A stretch of DNA of 64,000 bases, taken from the NCBI GenBank assembly GCA_009914755.4, contig CP086569.2:12640001-12704000 (forward strand), written 5' to 3'. The number at the start of each line of letters is the position of its first letter. The stretch's first letter is position 1. The notes beneath the pieces were generated by a model. It was not told the origin of the DNA and did no database searches. It saw nothing but the letters and a program-made list of their open reading frames with translations. The position numbers and the translations under genes are program-made. The DNA comes from the human T2T-CHM13v2.0 reference genome, Homo sapiens. Shown piece by piece: positions 57,931 to 64,000 of the stretch.

Positions 57931-59260
57931 TTTTAGTTTTTAGTTCTTCTTTCTTTGGAGGCAGAAATTGGGCATAAGACAATATGAGGGGTGGTATCCT
58001 CCCTTACAAGAACTGTAGGACAGTGGTGAAGTCCCACTAGGAGCCCAGGAAGCTCCTGAAGGAGGGGATGGTTTGACCCTGGAATGCTGGAACCAGGGAT
58101 TCCACCAGCCTCTCCCTTGTGCCTGGCTGGGGGTTCCCTCTGCATAGTACAGATCTCCCCTAGGTTCAGAGTATGCTCATTTTCATACTAGAGAGGACCA
58201 GGAAGGACACGGTCAGTGACAGCATCATGAGCCACCAGGGAATTGGGATCTGGAGATCAGACTAGGAAGCCTCAACCCTTCAGGGACTTGTGCATGTGGA
58301 GGACATGGGTGTTCATGGTGAAAAAGGTTTTAGACTTTCAATGTAAAATGTGATGGGGGGGGAACAGATATTCATTAAATCATTAATAGCTTCAAGGCAC
58401 CATCACAGTATTTGGCAACTGTGGAGCAACAGCACCCACCTGTATTAACAGCCTGTATGAAGAGCACTATCCAAGTGAGTCCTCAAAAAAAAATACACTC
58501 ATTGTATAGATGAGAAGACACAGACTTTTGGATGTCAAATGGCTGCTCAACAGCACATGAGTCAGAACAGAGAATCATCCGCAAGGGAGGCTGCATGAAA
58601 TTCCCTCTAAACTACCTGAGGCTCGGCCTGCTCCTGCCATGGAGGAGAAGGGCCTGGGGAAGCCTCCTTTCCTCTCCTTTTCAGAGACAGTGCACAAGGC
58701 AAGACACTCTAGAAGAACTCTTTGGACTTAAAGCAACATAATTTGTTTTTCTTCCTTTAACATTAAAGGGAGTCTTGAGAAATAGCTAAAACAATCCCAC
58801 ACCTGGCAAAAGGGAAAATGTCAGGAGACTCCAGGGAGAAAGCTCATCAGAGAACCTAGGGGATCTGAGCATTTGGCTCAGGGAAAAGACACCCTGAGCA
58901 GATATTAAACAACTGAAAGACAACAAACACATCCGTTGGGAAACTTGGGAATGAAAGGAACAACGTGATGGTATTTGCCACACAGACACCAGGTTGGCAA
59001 AATATTAGAAATGTTAACCTTCAGGGGAGGCTGAATGCAGGGAACCAGTTACCTTCAGGGACTGCTGGTGACAATGTACCTGCTACAGCCATTTTGGAAA
59101 GTTATCGGGCTGTAGCTATACAATCTGACATATGTGTACTCTGGAGGGAGTTAGTATATGTTATCAGATGAATTGTGTTCCCTCCCACAAATTCATACAC
59201 TCAGTGCCTCAGAATCTCACTGTATTTGGACATATGCTCCTTAAAGAGGTAATTAATATG

Positions 59261-59575
<315 letters not shown>

Positions 59576-59985
59576 TTAACATGAAGTGGGTTCATTGGGG
59601 TGGGCCCTAATCCGCTATGACTAGAGTCCTTATAAGGAGAGACAGCAAGGACACAGGGAGGCACAAGAGAAGACCTTGTGAGCCCAGAAATAGAAGACAG
59701 CTGTTTACAAACCAGGGAGAGAGGCCTCAGAGAAACCAGCCCAGCCAGGAGCTTGATGTCAAATTTCTTGCCTCCAGAACTGTGAGAAACTAAATTTCTG
59801 TTGTTAAAGCCCTTCAGTCTGTGATACCATGTTATGGGAGGTCTAGCAAACTGTTGCAGCCTCTTCAGACACACATAGAATGTACCCTGCAGCCCAGTGG
59901 GGCTCTGTGTTCTGTGAGACAACACATTGCAGACAAACAAATAGAGTGGCTTCACCCACTTTTTTGTACAAGTCCCCTTTTGTAA

Positions 59986-60333
<348 letters not shown>

Positions 60334-60344
60334 CAAGACTGATG

Positions 60345-60622
60345 GCTTTTGCTTTTTTTGAGACAGAGTCTGCCTCTGTCTCCCAGGCTGGAGGGCAGTT
60401 GCACGATCTCAGCTCACTGCAAACTTCATCTCCTGATTCAAAAGATTCTCCTGCCTCAGCCTGCTGAGTAGCTGGGATTAAAGGCACCCGCCACTACACC
60501 CAGCTAATTTTTGCATTTTTAGTAGAGACGGGGTTTCACCATGTTGGCCAGGCTGCTCTCGAACTCCTGACCTCAGGCAATCTGCCCGCTGGGATTACAG
60601 GCGTGAGCCACCACACCCAGCC
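60345..60622 (-). mobile_element. Alu, minus orientation, with a ~20 bp internal deletion near the 5' end; second of the tandem pair
   Basis: T-rich tail, then 'gagacagagtctgcctctgtctcccaggctggagggcagttgcacgatctcagctcactgcaaacttcatctcc...' through to '...aatctgcccgc|tgggattacaggcgtgagccaccacacccagcc'. Followed by 'tagactgatgg' at 60623-60633. Confidence 0.88.
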
Positions 60623-60980
60623 TAGACTGATGGTTTTTAAGGTTTGGAGAAGGTCTACCGAGGCAATGGAACTTTGTGCTACATGAGAGAATTGCGGTAG
60701 ATAGATAAAACAATAAAAACAGTGACAACATGCAAAAGATACTCATGGCCTAGTGTAAAGCGCCATATGGTCAGGCTCTTGTGAGGACTCTCTTCTGAGT
60801 TGCAGAATTCAGACTTCAGGTATTATCCTCACCTGGCAGAGAGGGAGGAAAGAGCTCTGTGAGGTTCCTTTTATAAAGCCAGTAATGCCAATCATGAGGG
60901 TTCTATCATCAGGATAATTTCCTCTCACCTCCTAATACCGTTACATTGAGGATCAGAACATCAACATTTTTTGCAAATTT

Positions 60981-61640
60981 CAGATTCAAGGGTGCACGTG
61001 CAGGTTTGTTACATGGGTATATCGCATGATGCTGAGGTTTGGGCTTCTAATAATCCTGTTGCCCAAATAGTGAAGATAGTACCTAACAGATAGTTTTTCA
61101 ACCCTTGCTCCCCTCCTTTCCTCTCTCTTTTCAGGATCTCCAGTGTCCATTGTTCCCATCTTTGTGTCCATGTATACCAAATGTTTAGCTCCTACTTATA
61201 AATAAGAACATGCAGTATTCAGTTTTTTTGTTCCTGTGTTAATTCACTTAGGATAGTGGCCTCCAGCTGCATCCATGTTGCCGCAAAAGACATGATTTTA
61301 TTCTTTTATGGCTTCATAGTATTCCATGGTGTATATATATGACTTTTTCTTTAGCCAGTCCACAACTGATGGGCACCTAGGTTGATTACATGTCTTTGCT
61401 ATTGTGAATAGTGCTGTGATAAACATACGAGTACATGTTTCTTCCTGGTAGAGTTATTTATTTTCCTCTGAGTATATACCCAGTAATGGGATTGCTAGGT
61501 CGAGTGGTAATTCTATTTTTAGGTCTTTAAGAAATCTCCAAACTGCTTTCCACAGAGGCTAAACTAATTTACACTCCCATCAGTAGTGTATAAGCATTCC
61601 CTTTTCTTCACAAACTCATGAACATCTGTTATTTTTTGAC
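60981..61640 (-). mobile_element. L1 (L1PA/L1PB-like) 3' end (~660 bp, 3'UTR plus ORF2 end), minus orientation
   Basis: Reverse complement of an L1 3'UTR: 'attcaagggtgcacgtgcaggtttgttacatgggtatat..ccaaatagtgaagatagtacctaacagatagtttttcaaccc...catttagctcctacttataaataagaacatgcagtattc..ccatggtgtatatatatgactttttctttagccagtccacaactgatgggcacctaggttgattacatgtctttgctattgtgaatagtgctg...'. Confidence 0.85.
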
Positions 61641-63373
61641 TTAAAAAAAAGTTTATTTTAGGTTCCGGGGTACCAGTTAAGGTTAAATAGGTAAACTGTG
61701 TCATGGGGGTTTGTTGTACGATTATTTCATTACCCAGGTATTAAGCCAGTACCCAACAGTTATCTTTTCTTCTCCTCTCCCATCTCCCACCCTCCACCCT
61801 CCAAGTAGACCCCTGTTTCTATTATTCCCTTCTTTGTGTTCATGAGTTCTCATCATTTAGCTCCTACTTTTACAAGTGAGTACATGTGGTGTTTGGTTTT
61901 CTGCTCCTGTGTTAGTTTGCTAAGGATAATAGCTTCCAGTTCCATCCATGTTCCCTCAAAATATATGATCTTGCTCTTTTTTATAGCTGCATAGTATTCC
62001 ATGGTGTATATGTACCACCTTTTCTTCATCCAATCTGTCATTGATGGGCATTTATGTTGATTCCATGTCTTTGCTATTGTTAATAGTGCTGCAGTGAACA
62101 TTTGCATGCCTGTGTCTTTGTGGCAGAATTTCTATTCATCTGGGTATATACCCAGTAATGGGATTGCTGATTCAAATGGTATAATAAGTCTGCTTTTAGC
62201 TTCTTGAGGAAACTCCACACTGTTTTCCACAATGGTTGAACTAATTTACACTCCCATCAACAGTGTATAAGTGTTCCCTTTTCTCTGCAACCTCGCCATC
62301 ATTTGTTATTTCTTGATTTTTAATAATAGCTGTTTTGACTGATGCGAAGGTGTATTTCATTGCGGTTTTGATTTGCTTTTCTCTGATGATCAGTGATAGT
62401 GACCATTTTCTCATGTGTTTGCTGGCGGCTTGTATGTCTTCTTTTGAGAAGTGTCTGCTTATGTCCTTCACCCACTTCTTAATGAAGTTATTATTCTTTG
62501 GATTTAAGTTCTTTATAGATTCTGAATATTAGTGATTTGTCAGATGTATAGTTTGTGAACATTTTCTCCCATTCTGTAGGTTGTCTGTTTACTCTGTTGA
62601 TAGTTTCTTTTGCTGTGCAAAATCTCCTTGGTTTAATTATATCTCAATTGTCAACTTTTGTCTTTTTGCATTTTCTTTTGAGGACTTAGTCATAAATTCT
62701 TTGCCTAGGCCAATGTCTAGAAGAGTATTTCCTAGGTTTTCTTTTAGAATTGTTGTAGTTTGAGGTCTTACATTCAAGTCTTTAATCCATCTTGAGTTTA
62801 ATTTTTTATATGAGAGGCAGGGGTCCAATTTCATTGTTCTGCATATGGTTAGCCAGTTTTCCCAGCAGTATTTAATAGGGTGTCCTTTGCCCATTGTTTA
62901 TGTTTGTGGACTCTGAGGAAGATTAACTGCTTGTAGATGTGTGGCTTTGTTTCAGGGGTCTCTGTTCTGTTAGTCTATGTGTCTGTTTTTGTACCAGTAT
63001 CACGATGTCTTGGTAACTGTAGCCTTGCAGTACAGTTTGAAGTTGGATAATGTGATGCCTCCAGCTTTATTCTTTTTGCTCACGATTGCTTTGGCTATTT
63101 GTCACTTTTCTGATTCCATATGAATTTTAGAATAGTTTTTTTTCTAATTCTGTAAAAAATGGTGTTGCCAATTTAGTAGAAATAGCATTGAATATGTAAA
63201 TTGCTTTTGGCAGTATGGACATTTTAACAATATTGATTCTTCCAACCCATGAGCATGGAATGCTTCATTATCCATTTGCTTGTTTCATCTCCATTTTTTT
63301 CTCATCAGTGTTTTGTAGTTCTCCTTGTGGAGGTACTTCACCTCCTTGGATAAATGTATTCCTAAGAATTTTA
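61641..63373 (-). mobile_element. Second L1 (L1PA/L1PB-like), ~2.1 kb 3' portion (3'UTR plus ORF2 C-terminal half), minus orientation; continues at 63451-63790 after a MADE1 insertion
   Basis: 'gtttattttaggttccggggtaccagttaaggttaaataggtaaactgtgtcatgggggtttgttgtacgattatttcattacccaggtattaagccagtacccaacag...' plus rc-ORF2 features ('gggtatatacccagtaatgggattgctg', 'ttccacaatggttgaactaatttacactcccatcaacagtgtataag', 'cttttgagaagtgtctgcttatgtccttcacccacttcttaatg'). Minus ORFs 61853-62107, 62241-62471 and 62637-62894 give L1 ORF2 peptides. Confidence 0.88.
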
Positions 63374-63450
63374 TTAGGTTGGTGTAAAATTAATTGCCAT
63401 TTCTGCCATTGAAAGTAGTGGCAAAAACCTCAATTACTTTTACACAAACA
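63374..63450. mobile_element. MADE1 MITE inserted into the L1
   Basis: 'ttaggttggtgtaaaattaattgccatttctgccattgaaagtagtggcaaaaacctcaattacttttacacaaac'. Confidence 0.8.
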
Positions 63451-63790
63451 GAATATTTTTTGTGTGGCCATTATGAATGAGATTGAGCTCTGGATTTGGT
63501 TCTCAGCTTGAGCACTGTTGGTGTAGAAATGCAAATTATTTTTGTACATTAGTTTTGTATCAAGAAACTTTACTAAAGTTATTTATCAGGTCTAGGAATC
63601 TTTGAGCAGAATCTTTAGGGTTTTCTAGGTATAAGATCATGTTATCAGCTAACAGAGATTTGACTTCTCCTTTTCCAGTGTGGATGCCTTTTATTTATTT
63701 CATTTGACTGATTGCTATGTTGAATAGGAATGGCAAGAATGGAGAATTTGCTGCTCTTGGAGTCTTGGCTGGAGATGGGTGTATTATAAT
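63451..63790 (-). mobile_element. Continuation of the minus-strand L1 (ORF2 region) after the MADE1 insertion
   Basis: 'gtttgtatcaagaaactttactaaagttatttatcaggtctaggaatctttgagcagaatctttagggttttctaggtataagatcatgttatcagctaacagagatttgacttctccttttccagtgtggatgcctttt..gttgaataggaatggcaagaatgg' parallels 23640-23900 of the young L1. Confidence 0.8.
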
Positions 63791-63794
63791 AGTT

Positions 63795-64000
63795 TGCTAA
63801 GTCTGCCATAACAAAGTACCACAACCTGGATGGCTTGAACAAAAGAAATTGTATTGTCTCACAGTTCTGGAGGGTACAAGACTAAGATCAATGTATAGGA
63901 AGGGTTGCTTCTTTCTGCTTCATGCCTCTACCCTAACTTCTGGTAGTTTGCTATCTTTGGCATTATTTAGCCTGCAAATAAATCACCCAATCTCTGCCTT
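63795..64000 (+). mobile_element. Old interspersed repeat, same unassigned family as 17446-17960, running off the window end
   Basis: 'gccataacaaagtaccacaacctggatggcttgaacaaaagaaattgtattgtctcacagttctggagggtacaagactaagatcaatgtat..ggttgcttctttctgcttcatgcctct'. Confidence 0.4.

Overview
This window is human (primate) nuclear DNA, not prokaryotic. No operon, CRISPR array or defence system is present, and nothing in the sequence supports a previously undescribed biological system. The supplied six-frame ORFs are almost all translation artefacts of tandem repeats or of GC-rich or repeat DNA.

Bases 1-16469 are a pericentromeric (GGAAT)n satellite of HSat3 type, with the G-rich strand on '+'. The array has a degenerate higher-order periodicity, with landmark motifs about 0.85 and 1.17 kb apart in alternation, plus a roughly 1.1-1.8 kb intra-array duplication about 3.8 kb downstream. 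It ends abruptly at about 16469.

The remaining ~47.5 kb is ordinary repeat-rich euchromatin-like flank. It holds about 19 Alu elements, several with recognisable target-site duplications. There are multiple 5'-truncated L1 fragments, including a head-to-head inverted pair of young L1PA 3' ends. There is an MST/THE1-family MaLR LTR nested in an older L1, and three MADE1 (Hsmar1-derived) MITEs. Simple repeats include a ~545 bp almost pure-AT minisatellite, plus (ATTTT)n, (TG)n and GATA-like tracts.

The only protein-like content outside transposon ORFs is a frameshifted, intron-less run of RCC1-like beta-propeller blades (a probable retropseudogene, minus strand, ~48.0-49.2 kb). There is also a ~1 kb GC-rich, CpG-dense segment (~55.9-56.9 kb) that could be a CpG island or terminal exon.

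The most interesting structural items are the satellite/unique junction, the higher-order organisation of the array, the AT-rich minisatellite, the inverted L1 pair and the RCC1-like pseudogene. All family assignments are from reading the sequence by eye without database searches, and coordinates are accurate to roughly +/-10 bp.
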